A stretch of 56,120 nt of DNA, counting the filler, from Bipalium vagum (taxonomy: Eukaryota): assembly GCA_037834085.1 (NCBI GenBank). It is 3 parts of 3 records of this genome, joined end to end, with 100 filler letters (N's around TTAATTAATTAA, not from the genome) between each part and the next. Parts side by side here need not be neighbours in the genome. Positions count along the whole stretch, not along the records: positions 15,880 to 35,971 come from JBBMKC010257795.1; positions 36,072 to 56,120 come from JBBMKC010261434.1; 1 more part is not named here. The stretch is one strand, 5' to 3'. The translations under genes were made by a program, and so were the position numbers. Below, one piece after another: positions 25,301 through 36,598 of this stretch. The notes below the pieces were generated by a model, which saw nothing but the letters and a program-made list of their open reading frames with translations, ran no database searches and was not told the DNA's origin. Numbering within the stretch: the first letter of the stretch is position 1; every line of letters begins with the position of its first letter.

Positions 25301-28111
25301 TCATAATTTTGGACTTTGTTTTAATTGATGTTATGGTTACGGTATTTAAAATTTTTATTTTATTGCAAAAAATAACTATATTATAATAATATAAACATAA
25401 TGTATATTTTTGTGTTTACTATATATATTCTAAACATAATTCTATAATTTTATTGTTTATTCATATATTATTATATATATTATATTATTATATTATTAAT
25501 ATATAAAAAATTTTAAATTCCATTTTTTGTATTAAAACAAAAATTTTAAATATCGTAACCATAATAACATAAATGTAAACTAAATCTAGAAATGTGGTAT
25601 TTTAACCAAATGTGATACATCAAAAACACATTGATTAATCAAAATAATTTCCTAACAATAAAATATACTTAGTCCAATGTTTATCAATTTGCCAATATCT
25701 AAAATTCATTTCCGGAAGGTGTTTCAAGTAATATTTTATAACCGCCATAGGTTCTTCGTCTGATATGAAAAACCTAACAAAAATGAATTTAAGTTTAAGG
25801 TTTCAGAAGAGATGAAAGTCCCTGAGAGCTAAATCTGGAGAATATAATGGGTGTTTATTCGATTTATAATCTTTTTGTTCTACTATGTCATTGTTAATGC
25901 TATAGTGACTTGTCCCTATGAAAAATGAATTTTTTCTTTTTTCAACTGCGGTGTTCTTTTCATTTAATTGATCCAATCATGAAATCAGTTACATTCTCCT
26001 TACAACGTTTTAAGCACATCGGAAAAATCTATTCTTTCGTGTTATTGTGGCATTGCTAACGAATGCGATACTACTTTTTAAAAAACTTTTCATATGTAGA
26101 TCATTACAAAATATGACGTACCTGTTAATTCGAGAATTCCTTTCTATAGGTTATTTCACGAGCTATTTCAACCGCATATAAGGTTTTCGGAGTTTCAGCT
26201 TTAATATGTAGATGCAATTAAAAAAAGGTTCTGAGAAACCAGCGGAGCTTTTTACTTGACAAGTTATGTGGTGTGCCCAATAAGTATTGAGCCTAATGTA
26301 GAAAGGTTAATGTAAATTAAAAAATATTATAATTATATAAAGTGCAATATATTATAGGTAAATGTAGGATATTTTTTTAATATATTATTTTATGTTTATC
26401 AGGTAAATCGCATTTTTAAAATGTCTTTAGAAAATGTGCAATACTATTCAGTCAATATTGGAAGTACAAGTAGTGGGATCAGAAAGTTGTGCTCACGATT
26501 CGTGCTACGTTTTCTAACTTCTGATATGCAAGCTCACTGTTTGGAGTGCTGCCAACAGAATCTGGAAACTTTACATTATGTTGAAGACCACATGCAGGAT
26601 AACATTAACAAGATGGATGAGACGCCTCTATTTCTCTATATTCCGGAGTCTAGAACGAAATCAAAAGAATGAAACTTCCAGGAGAGACCAGTTCAAGAAA
26701 GATGAAGATATCATCACACAAAAAAACTTAATGCTCTCCATTTTTTTGGGATGCTAATGGCGTGATTCTCACCGATTTTGCTGAATCGTTTGTTTCATCA
26801 AGGAATAATATATCAACCTTGTGCGAAAAACTAGGACACTGAGAAGGAAAAATTGTATTAAGGCTTAAGCAATTAAGGATTGTGACTTAATTTTGCTCCC
26901 AAATCATCCCTACAGTCCAGATTTGGCTCCTTTCGATTTCTTTTTGTTCAAACACCTCAAGCGGGAACTAAGAGGTAAAAAAATTTTCATCAAAAGACGA
27001 TTTGCAAAGACTGTCATTGATTATCTGAACGACAAATCTTCCAATTTTTTCAAAAATGCCTTCTCGCAACTTGTCACTCGCTGAAAAAAATGTGTTAACG
27101 TTTCTGGGAACTTGATTGAAAAATAATTACCTATACATATTCATTGTTATTAATACAATTTTTTTGGCACATCACGTACGTTAATCTTTTTATGTCAGAG
27201 CAACTCTTATGTCTTTTCAGTCTGAGAATGTTTGACGAATAGTATCACTTGACAGTATGAGAACATATAAAAATATTGAAAATGAATACTAAATTGAAAG
27301 TATTATTATTATGATTATTAATAAATAAACTATTTTAACAATAAAAACTTAATGGATTTATTTTATGAAGACAAAAAAAATTAAGAAACTGAACTTAATA
27401 AATAAATGAAAAATTTAAAAAAATGAGATTAGAAGCGGATTAGAAGAATAATTATAACTATGTAAATCAAAAAGCGGAAAGAAGAAAAAGTATTCGAAAA
27501 AGAAAAGATATGAAAATCTACAAAGTCAAAATTTCATTAAGAAAATTAATTATTAAAGCTGATCACTTTTTGTGTTACATCATTAAAAATTAAATTAATT
27601 ATTCTTAAATAAGGCATACTACGAGTCGTTTTCACGAATTTCGTCTAATATTATCTAGAACAATTTATACTCAATGTCTATCAATGAAAGATGAAACTTA
27701 TTATACAGTGTTATAAAGGATTAAATGTTTATTCTTATTTTAAATTTTGAAAGCACATTATATGGTAAATAATTGAATTATTTTAGATTGAATCTGAAAA
27801 TCGGTACAAAAATGTCATCCAGAAATCAACATTAACTCATTTTAATATCAATCCAAACAATATGGTTTATAGATCAGACTTACATCAGATCAGTAGTCAC
27901 AAAAGACAGGAGTTTGGTGTCAGTTGCGATTTATCTGATGTCTTCGAGTACCGGAACTTGGAAATGTCATTGAGATCAGGGCTGGTTAATGAGATAGAAT
28001 TTTCACTTAATACATGTCTGTTGATGTCATATCAAAACGAGGGAGTTCAGTTATGGAGAAATCCGAAACTTCTTGATTTAATTTTATCATCAGTTTCAAT
28101 TTCAGATTCAG
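19336..28111 (+). CDS. ARID2: ARID2/BAF200 (PBAF subunit), 5' part; coding exons 19336-19469, 19530-19623, 20224-20391, 27787-28111; 3' exons not confidently found
   Basis: Four exons with canonical GT-AG sites and compatible phases (2,0,0,1). They give an ARID domain (FLQDI...TPINQVPTLLGRRIDLLAMYNAVAQRGGLKK...WEGVMKDLKIPLRCANACVALRSIYQRYLEQFE) followed by YRNLEMSLRSGLVNEIEFSLNTCLLMS, matching the ARID2 motif [27 protein letters not shown]. Confidence 0.88.
21000..22420 (-). mobile_element. Old pogo/Tigger-like DNA transposon remnant
   Basis: End repeats gttcatattga/tatatgaac of pogo style; broken coding remnants such as DIYQAMVWI (pogo C-terminal ++.A+.W motif). Confidence 0.4.
23259..23772 (+). 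mobile_element. Internally deleted Tc1/mariner element (xSPDL-type)
   Basis: Imperfect TIRs CAGGGTGTTCAATATGTCCCTCCAC and GTGGAGTGACTTATTGAACTTAGTG; internal KSPDLIKLNFFL motif. Confidence 0.6.
25290..25610. mobile_element. Foldback/MITE-like element
   Basis: ttatggttacggtatttaaaatttttattttattgcaaaaaat (~25331-25373) is inverted at ~25522-25564, with weaker pairing further out. Confidence 0.6.
25630..26130 (-). mobile_element. Mariner 3' remnant
   Basis: KHPLYSPDLALRDFHLF...SDEE...KHWTK....GNYFD. Confidence 0.7.
26267..27176 (+). mobile_element. Internally deleted mariner (DD34D) with both TIRs, in ARID2 intron 3
   Basis: TA-flanked TIRs TGTGGTGTGCCCAA and TTGGCACATCACG; motifs RKLCSRFV.R.LT, MDET, FWDANGVI, HPYSPDLAPFDFFLF; stops and frameshifts. 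Confidence 0.85.
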
Positions 28112-28999
28112 GTAATTTCTAAAAATTTTACATAATCTTATCCCTTTCAATTTTCTAATATAATAATGGAACTGATACAAAACTTAACATATTATTTGGG
28201 CGCTAATTAAAGTCTTTTTGTAGAATTTTTCCATGAAATTAGATTAAGGGATTTACGTAAGAATTTAATCAGATTGCCAACCATTTAAATTATTAAAATA
28301 CCATTTGGAAATGAATGCCTGTCTGCGATTAAGAAGTTTAGTTATGGAATATGTGAATTTTTTTTATCAGATATGTTAATAATTATATAAATAATTTGTT
28401 TGATAAATTTTAAACAAATAATGACAATGAGTGAAAACACTTCTTAAACTTGTCCAATATAATTATCGAGTTGTAGAATATTTCATTTAAATTAATTTCA
28501 ATTGTGCATTTAATTCGTTGTAGCATTAAAATCATTTTTCTATAATTTTATAAATGAATAAAAACTAAAAATTATAAGACGGTAAATCTAAAAGAGTTTT
28601 GATCAGATATTTTTTAATTTTTTGAGTTTATTTTGTAAGGTGTAATAAATCTCAGACGTCTATTTATTTTTATATTTCAATTGAATTTTATCAAATTTAA
28701 CTAATTAAATGAAAATTCAAATGTTCAGATATTTTGAAGTACATTTTTGTATCAAACAATCGGTCTTTTGAGTATTAAATTCAATTCAATTCTTCAAAAA
28801 TATGAAATATAGATTAGGTCAAAAATATGCCAAGTGACCTAAATAAATTCCCACCTTTTCGTCATAGGTTGTTATAATTTGAATTACAGTCAAATGAAAA
28901 TCAATTTTAATAACTGTTAGTAAAATCAAATCTTTAAAATAAATAATTATTTAAAATATATTAATATCATTTTCTTATCAGAATTGAAAGATGTCTCAA

Positions 29000-30003
29000 A
29001 AATTTAAAATAAAAAAGAAATCCGATTCGTTGTAATTTTTTTTCCATAAAATTAAAAATAACACTCATGCTATGAAAAATGGTGTCGTTTTTGGGACTAA
29101 TGTCATATCAAAAACTTTGTGTGAGAGTTGTTTGCAAGATTTCGTGAAGGCAACTTTGAGTTGACAGATGAACCTTGCTCTGGTCGACCAAGCATAGACA
29201 AGAACGACGAAATCTTGTAAATAATCCGAAAAAACCATCACATAATCAGTCATGACAATGCTAAAGATCTAGGCATCTGAAAAAACCTGTTTTAAATCAT
29301 TTGGAAAAGCTTTTCACAAGAAAGAGCTTGATATTTGAGTGTCTCTTATTTATCGGAAAATAATGTAATCACCAGAATTTGTAACTGTGAATCTTTATTG
29401 AAAAGAATCAAGTATGATAATAATGTGAGGATCGTCATTCAAAATGATGAAGCTTTACAAATGATTGAAAAGTTATGACTGTCTTCAAGTAAAGGGATGT
29501 CTGTTTTCTGGGATTTGAAAGGAATCATGTATTATGAGCTACTTGAACCTGATCGAACAATTGATCTTATATTCAATTGTTAGTAATTTGAAAGATTTAA
29601 TCAAGCGATGAGAAAAAGCCGGCCTATATTATTCATTAGATATCGCATTGGTTACCATAACAACGTTCGATCGTATCTTAAACGACTCTCCAAAATTGAA
29701 AGATCTTTGATGAAGTTCTGATGCATCCAGGTTTTAGTCTGCACTTACCCTTGTTTCTGTACGTCTCTATTTTTTTTTAATGAAGTTCTAATGATTTCAT
29801 GAGAAAACTGAAAAGTACATTGTACAGTTTTTGAGCAGAAATCTCAGAAATTCTAAACTAATGACATTATAAATTTAACAGATAAATAGCGAAAGGCCAT
29901 CGAACAAAATATTAGAACATACTTGATTCAATAAAGTTTATTTGTTAATACAAAAAATTGCCATATTGTTACTTAAAAACTGAATAATTTTTGTCACCTT
30001 ATA
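29000..30003 (+). mobile_element. Degenerate mariner
   Basis: RFREGNFELTDEPCSGRP, WDLKGIMYYELLEP and further broken motifs; TIR-like end tttttgtcacctta. Confidence 0.8.
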
Positions 30004-30305
30004 TTTCATAACATGTATTTAGAAAAAGAAAGTAAATATTGTTAAAATCAATTTTATTTTTGATTATGTTTGAATATTTTATTCTGATAATTCTTCACAG
30101 AGTGAAAAAACATAATTTCAATTGTTTAATAAAAAATGCTAACTTTGAAGATTTTTATTTCTTTTATATTGCCGGTATCAGAAAAAGGAGTGATTTTTGA
30201 AAAATAAACAAAATTCATTAAACGTATAGATATTTGTATCGTATTTTTATTTCCAAGGGATTTTTCCGAGTTCTATTTCGAATTTTTACATTTTTTAAGA
30301 GAATA

Positions 30306-31065
30306 CAGTGAAACTTGTTAATTTGAGCATCTGCTTAAGTTGATCCTTTTATTTAAAAACAAGCGAAAATTATATATAATTCTTAAATGTGATTCCTGCC
30401 TAAATTGGGCACCTTCATAAGTTATGACATGGGCAGGATTATATTAAAATTTTATTTTAAATGGTCATTTAAATTAGAAAATAATTAAATATTCATTAAT
30501 GGGTTTAAGTATCAGCACAATTTCAAAACAAATTTAAAATGAAAGAATTAAATATGGAAGAACAAATCAATTTACTGATGTTTCTGAAAAAGGAACTGTA
30601 GCAAACGAACTGTAAAAAATATTAGGAAAAGAAGAGTATATGCATTTATACGAAAAGAATTTTTTAATAAAAAGACTCATCGGCATAAAAGGAAAACTAT
30701 CAATGAAGACCTAAATAACCTTGTTTGGCACTGATTTAATTACAAGCACAACATCTTCCAATTACAGGTCAAGGTAGCTGATGAAATAATTTCGTACAAG
30801 GGTGTTTCATTAATAATTAAAAATAAAAGCAATTTTCTTGTGAAAAAGAACCATCATTAATCGATTTAATTCAAGAATTGAATAAAAATTTTCAAAATAT
30901 CATTTCAAAAAGAAGTTCTTTACTAAAGCAATCATCTTTGTTCGATTTTTTAAATAAATTAGATAAAAATTTTTTAAATAAAAATTAAATACTGACTTTT
31001 GTTTTCATGAACATTTTGGCAAAATGTTCGGTGCCAGTAGTGCCCAACATTGACAGGTTTCACAG
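30306..31065 (+). mobile_element. Non-autonomous pogo/Tigger-like element
   Basis: TA-flanked TIRs CAGTGAAACTTGTTAATTTGAGCA and TGCCCAACATTGACAGGTTTCACAG; residual transposase 5' and 3' bits. Confidence 0.7.
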
Positions 31066-31444
31066 TATATGAAAAGTTTGATGAATGAAATGAAAAGTGA
31101 AATTCTTAAAGAAAAGATTTGCGATTTTTCTTAACTGGAATTAATCTTTTCGTCTTATTATGAACTTCAATAAAAACTTAGAAGGCTGTTACTCATTTAT
31201 TATTAAGGAAATGCAATCCTTACTGTGACTAACTTTGCTACATTCTCTGTAAGTTTCTTTTTTTATGAAAACTAAAAAATATTTACAATTATTTTTTCCT
31301 GTAGACATTAGGTATTTATGGAAGGGATATTACAAAATTTGTTATCTTCGATAGCTTTAAAAAACCTTTGCATTTATAATTTTCAATATATAAAAATATA
31401 ATATAATAATAATTATTGTAAGGAGTTTAGATGACGAAAGAATG

Positions 31445-31516
31445 GGGGACGTAGCTCAGCGGTAGAGCAGTCCATGCGCATGTGAAAGGTCCCGGGTTCG
31501 AATCCCGGTGTCTCCA
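31445..31516 (+). tRNA. tRNA-Ala(CGC)-like gene, probably pseudo (anticodon stem does not pair)
   Basis: 72 nt: GGGGACG/TGTCTCC acceptor stem with G3:U70, GCTC/GAGC D-stem, CCGGG-TTCGAAT-CCCGG T-arm, intact A and B boxes, TTTT just downstream. Anticodon arm GTCCA-TGCGCAT-GTGAA has only 2 of 5 pairs and G at position 33. Confidence 0.8.
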
Positions 31517-31532
31517 ATTTATTTGAACCTAA

Positions 31533-31533
31533 C

Positions 31534-31585
<52 letters not shown>

Positions 31586-31595
31586 AATAATAATA
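31533..31595. repeat. (AAT)n microsatellite directly behind the tRNA-like gene
   Basis: Near-perfect AAT run starting about 17 nt after the tRNA 3' end. Confidence 0.9.
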
Positions 31596-31719
31596 TTTAG
31601 TAAGTAGCAGATTTAGTAAGATATCTATATATAATTGTGAATTGAAATATAAATAAATTTGTTTGAATAATATCTAATCAATATGGTAAACATTTAAATT
31701 TTCATATGTTAATAATTTC

Positions 31720-32005
31720 AAAATGTTTAAATCTAAGTATCCCAATTTTTGCGGGAAATTCTCATTCATTACTTCATGATAAACAAAACTGCTGCAGAAA
31801 ACTGCAGGTTATTATCTGATGTTTATGGAAAACATGTAGTATCTCAGGACACATGCGAGCGTTGATTTCAGTGTAAAGGAGGAAGAACTCCTAGGCCTTC
31901 TGTCAAAATTTGAAAACAACGATTTAGAAAATTTATTGGATGAAGATGCCTGTCAATCGCAAAATCAACTTGCCAAGAGATTAGGTGTAACTCAGCAAGT
32001 CAAAA
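31720..32005 (+). mobile_element. Mos1-like (mauritiana) mariner N-terminal fragment
   Basis: LREILIHYFMINKTAAENCRLLSDVYG...TCER*FQ...FENNDLENLLDEDACQSQNQLAKRLGVTQQ. Confidence 0.8.
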
Positions 32006-32109
32006 GTGCATAATCATAAATATAATCAATAATCATAAATATAAAAATAATGATAATAATATAATAAAAATATATATTTAAAAAAATAATAATGATAATA
32101 AGTAATTAC

Positions 32110-35100
32110 TTCGTCATTTTTACTTTCAATATCGCACTTTTGGTCGATCAATATTTTCAATATTTCCAAATGACCTTCCCGACATGCAACATGAATCGGT
32201 CTCCATCCCTAAAATAAAAAAAAAATATTTTTCATTCTTTCCTCAAATTTTCCACAAAATCATAACTTTTTTTACTTTAACCGCTGTACTCTTCGCAAAA
32301 TTAATTTTTTTCGACTGAAGTTCGGATAAAATACCTCCGTTACAAAATTGATTTTCTTATTATCAATGCCTTGGTGACCAAAATTTCACTTATCTCAATC
32401 AGAAGATGTTAACGAAATAATTATTTGGTTAATATATAAACTAGGTGCCTGAAATTTTGAAAGTCACTTATTGTTTATACAAAGTAATTTTTATAATTTT
32501 GAAAATTAAACGAAATACGGTTCTCTTCAGGGCTACATGTGATGATTGTTGATAAAATAAAATTTGTAAATTTCGTAAAGTAATATTTTTCTTTAGTTTT
32601 ATTGCAATAATCATCGTATTGCCTTTTAAAACTTAATTTTCTCTAAGCATAAATTAAATTACTGTTTTATGTGAAATGAAGTTTATTAATATTCGATTAT
32701 GTCTTACAGAATCAGAAAACAATACCAATCTTTATATATCAATTGACAATTAGAAACAAAAGGAAATCAATCTCATCTTGGATGCAATGAAGTAGTCACA
32801 TTTTAGTGACTTTTGACGTTTAGTTCCAAGTTTCCCACTGAAAAATTTAAACTGAAACAGGCATTCAATGCAACCATTACAGACAAAATGTTGATAGCGA
32901 TATTTCCGTCTTATTGGTGAAAAAAAATTTAAATTTTAAATTGCCCATGATTTTTAGCTGAAACTGAGATATTATCTTTCCTTTACCGCTTCAGTTGATC
33001 TGTGAAACTTGCCAACAATAGAGCGATTTGTTCTTAAATATTTCCAGAGCATCAGCGAGGAGATTCAAAAGGAAGTCGGGAATAATATTTTTTATTACGA
33101 TATCAATTGCTTAGGATTGAACTCCAACTTCAGTAATTGGGACGTGTGAGAATGCGGAAAACCGATTGAAACGTTTATTAAAGTCGAGGTTTTGCCTGAT
33201 TCTGTCTCATTGGAATTCCGATATACTCACAACTGAAAACAGTCAACGGCGAACAATCTATTAATGGGATCCCGGGTTGCCCATTGATTTCTGCGAGAAT
33301 TTTAGAGCAAAGGTTTTTATGCATAACTTTGGAGGTAACCATGTCTATGAGCAGTTTGCTTTGGTCGTACTATAATTTAAAAGACAGATTGTTTAGGAAA
33401 AGTCTTGATTGATTTCCTGATCTTCATTCAATTGTGATCGTTTGGTATGATCCAAGTCTTCCGAAGAAAGATTTCAAATTAACCCAGTTACACATGGGCA
33501 AAATAATAGTGAAAGGAAAACAGAATAGTCTGAATAACAGATTTCTGTATTTGGACTGCAACCGGTATGTGCTATAATTGAGATCGCATATGTCACATAT
33601 TTTAATGGAGCTGTTAAAAATATTTCGATCCAACAAAAATTTGATACATGGGCTTTCATCGAAAAACATTATCTTCAATTCATATATGGATAGAAATATA
33701 TAAACTGTCATACTTTAAAATTAAATTTCATATAGTAATACCCAAATTATCTGATTATTTATGTATTTTAAAATTAAATTTTAAAAATGTTATTTAATTG
33801 ATTTAAATAGTTAATTTAAACAAATTTTTTTCAGGCACCTCAACTATAATACATCCCTTTAATTGATTAACTTTTCATAATAATAATTATAATTGTTATG
33901 ATAATAGTGAATATAATAATAAACATAAGAATGATAAGGATAATAAAATTTACAATCATGATAATAATAATAATCATAATAACGAAAATTAATATAATAT
34001 ATTATTATAATTATTATTATGATAATGATAACGATAACATTAATATTTATAAATATTATATTTATAATAATAAGTAAAATAACAATAAAAATAAAAATAA
34101 TACTTATAATAATAAAAATTATTATTAAACTAATGTTAATAATAATATTAGTAATAATAATAATTGTAAGTTACTGCGACGTTATCAGCAGTTTCTGAAT
34201 TCATAAGTCAAGATTTGGTAACATTTTTATTCGATGAAAATAATTGTACAGTTTGAAAAATTGTCCTCTCTTTATCCTTTATTTAAACAAATTAATTACA
34301 TAAAACTTATGTTAACATTAATTTAATTATTTAATTTTTAAAGAAACCTTTGAACTTAAAAAAATTATTAATACATTTATTTTACGTTAAGGATTAAATT
34401 TCGATATATTACTTTAAAATTTATTTTATAAATATTTATGACTTATTACTTATTATTAATTATAATTTAATCCTTATCAATAATGATAATAATAATAATA
34501 AAGTAATTAATTACTTTTTGATCTTCAATTTCAATGTCGCACTTTTGGTCGATCAACAATTTTACAATTTCCAAATGACCATTCCAACATGCAAAATGAA
34601 TTGGTCTTCGTCCCTAAAATAAAATTAAAATTATTTTTCATTATTTTCTGAAATTTTCCACAAAAATCTTGGATGAAGACACCAAACAAAGTCAAAAACA
34701 ACTTACAGATACCTTAAATATTAGTCAACAGGCGATTTCTGACCGACTACGAGCAATGGGGAAGTTCAAAAAGAAGGAAAATGGATATCATATGGATTGA
34801 ATGAGCGAAACAAAGAAAAGCGAAAACCACGTGTGGAATATTAGTGGATTAGCACAGGAGAAAAATCTTTTCTGCACATATCATCACTGAGGACGAAAAA
34901 TGGATTTATTTCGAGAATTCAAAATGTCGAAAATCTTGGTGCGACCCAGGTCAACCGTCATCATTGATAGCAAAATTCAATATTCACGCTAAGAAAGCAT
35001 TATTGTACATATGGTGGGGTCAAAGGAAGTTTTGAACTATGAGCTCTTGCAACAAGGTCAGAACATTACTGGTTATCGTTATCAGCAACAATTGCTCATG

Positions 35101-35709
35101 TTTCGCGATGCATTGCAAGAAAAACGACCAGGGTGGACTAAAAGAAAAGAGAATGTCATGTTTTTTACACCATAGCGCTCGTCACCATATTTCAAAAAAT
35201 AAATCTGCTTTGCATGTCTTACGCAACCCACCGTATTTGCGCTGATGTTGTGATGATTTGCAGTACGATATCTCTGGCTTCGGTCCAACAATGAAAAGTA
35301 ATGAAAACTGCAGTCCGTACTTGTGTCAAACTTGTAAGACATTTAGCCCGAGGGTCGGACAAAAGGCCTTATGTCAACAATCAAAATAGCCCGTTAAAAA
35401 AATTTGTGACTGAGGTATTTCGATGACAAAATCGATTTAAAGAAATTATTCACATAATCCATCTCTCGACCCTGAAGAATCATCTTCAGAGAAAGAGAGG
35501 CAGCGAAGTCGTCGATAATCTTTAAATACTAAAAACCGTTTGACTTAACCGAAATGTCGTCGACAATTCTATCCACAAACGAAGGCTCCAAATGCTTCTT
35601 TACCTCCTCGACATCGCCTTGCTTCAAACAGTCCTTGAAAGTTTTGAATTTGCTTTGGATGGAAATAATTAAAGAATTGAAAAGGAAAAACTGATTACCG
35701 TTCTGCCAT
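32110..35709 (-). CDS. Ankyrin-repeat protein (myotrophin-like N-terminal architecture), partial; exons 35709-35699, 35652-35550, 34613-34515, 32208-32110
   Basis: Spliced in frame: MAERKFKTFKDCLKQGDVEEVKKHLEPSFVDRIVDDIS / GRRPIHFACWNGHLEIVKLLIDQKCDIEIEDQK / GWRPIHVACREGHLEILKILIDQKCDIESKNDE. The last two exons are exactly 99 nt, phase 0, each one ankyrin repeat, with TTTTAG|GG acceptors and |GTAATT donors. First intron is 46 nt. Stop-containing exon not found. Confidence 0.85.
32444..33839 (-). mobile_element. Probable Merlin (IS1595/ISXO2-like) DNA transposon remnant in the ankyrin gene intron
   Basis: TIRs GGTGCCTGAAA...TTTCAGGCACC; flanks taaacta/tcaacta as a degenerate TSD; N-terminal FFDESPCIKFLLDRNIF..IKICDIC; GQPGI..AVD remnant resembling Merlin GGPG..VEVDE. 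Confidence 0.5.
34668..35240 (+). mobile_element. Mos1-like mariner central fragment in the ankyrin gene intron
   Basis: LDEDTKQSQKQLTDTLNISQQAISDRLRAMG, ITEDEKWIYFEN, SWCDPGQP, KKALLYIWW, RYQQQL. Confidence 0.85.
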
Positions 35710-35971
35710 CGGTGTCAATTGAGAATGAAATCGATTTTTCAAGGTTAATTTATTAAAATGGTCAATATCTGACACAAAACCTTTGTCAAAATAATAAATA
35801 AATAATGTTCACCTTTGTTTCACCAATAACAATTATTTCCGCTTCCTTTTCAGTTTAACTCTAGAATTATCATCGATTTCAGTCATAAATACTTTGAAAT
35901 AAACAATAAACAAACTTAGTTAAGATCGATTATGGACAAAGTATGAAGAAATAAATAATTTTAATCAATAA

Positions 35972-36071
35972 NNNNNNNNNNNNNNNNNNNNNNNNNNNNN
36001 NNNNNNNNNNNNNNNTTAATTAATTAANNNNNNNNNNNNNNNNNNNNNNNNNNNNNNNNNNNNNNNNNNNN
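35972..36071. other. Artificial contig spacer
   Basis: Identical 44 N + TTAATTAATTAA + 44 N structure. Confidence 0.97.
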
Positions 36072-36598
36072 ATTTATTGACATATCATAACACATTTTAA
36101 AAAATACACGGCTTTTTACTGCGACAATTTCATCGTGGACAAGCTTTAGAAGTTGCACTGTATAAGATTTTTTAAAAATATAAACAAAAAGAAAAATGCT
36201 GACATTCAATAATAATTAAAATAATAATAATTAATAATTATTTTAAAAATATCTTCCCTTTAAATTACAAACCGAGAGATGCTATTATTATTATTATTAT
36301 TGGTGTTTAAATTTTTTCTTTCATCATAAAAAAGTAAGATTATTAATTAATTGGTTTTTATTGATCTAAATTATTACTAGATTTTTATTTATTCTATGGA
36401 CTTTTTAAATATTTCATGTTAGATTATTTTTATTTTAATATTTATTTTATTATATTTAATTTTGAATATTATATTAAATATATTGAATATTTGTAATTAT
36501 ATTTTTATTGATTATTATTGTTACATCAATTATTTTAATGATTATTATCATCAATTAGTATTGCTGTGCCTAAAATTTTATAACTTAAAATGGTTCAG

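Noticed and set aside
30136-31250. Long frame interrupted by the pogo-type element, containing only TAA stops; considered as stop-codon reassignment or decayed ARID2 exons
   Set aside because: LC8, LUC7 and the zinc-finger ORF end in normal TAA. The resemblance to ARID2 (LRFFL) is too weak, so at most this is an unidentifiable pseudogene.
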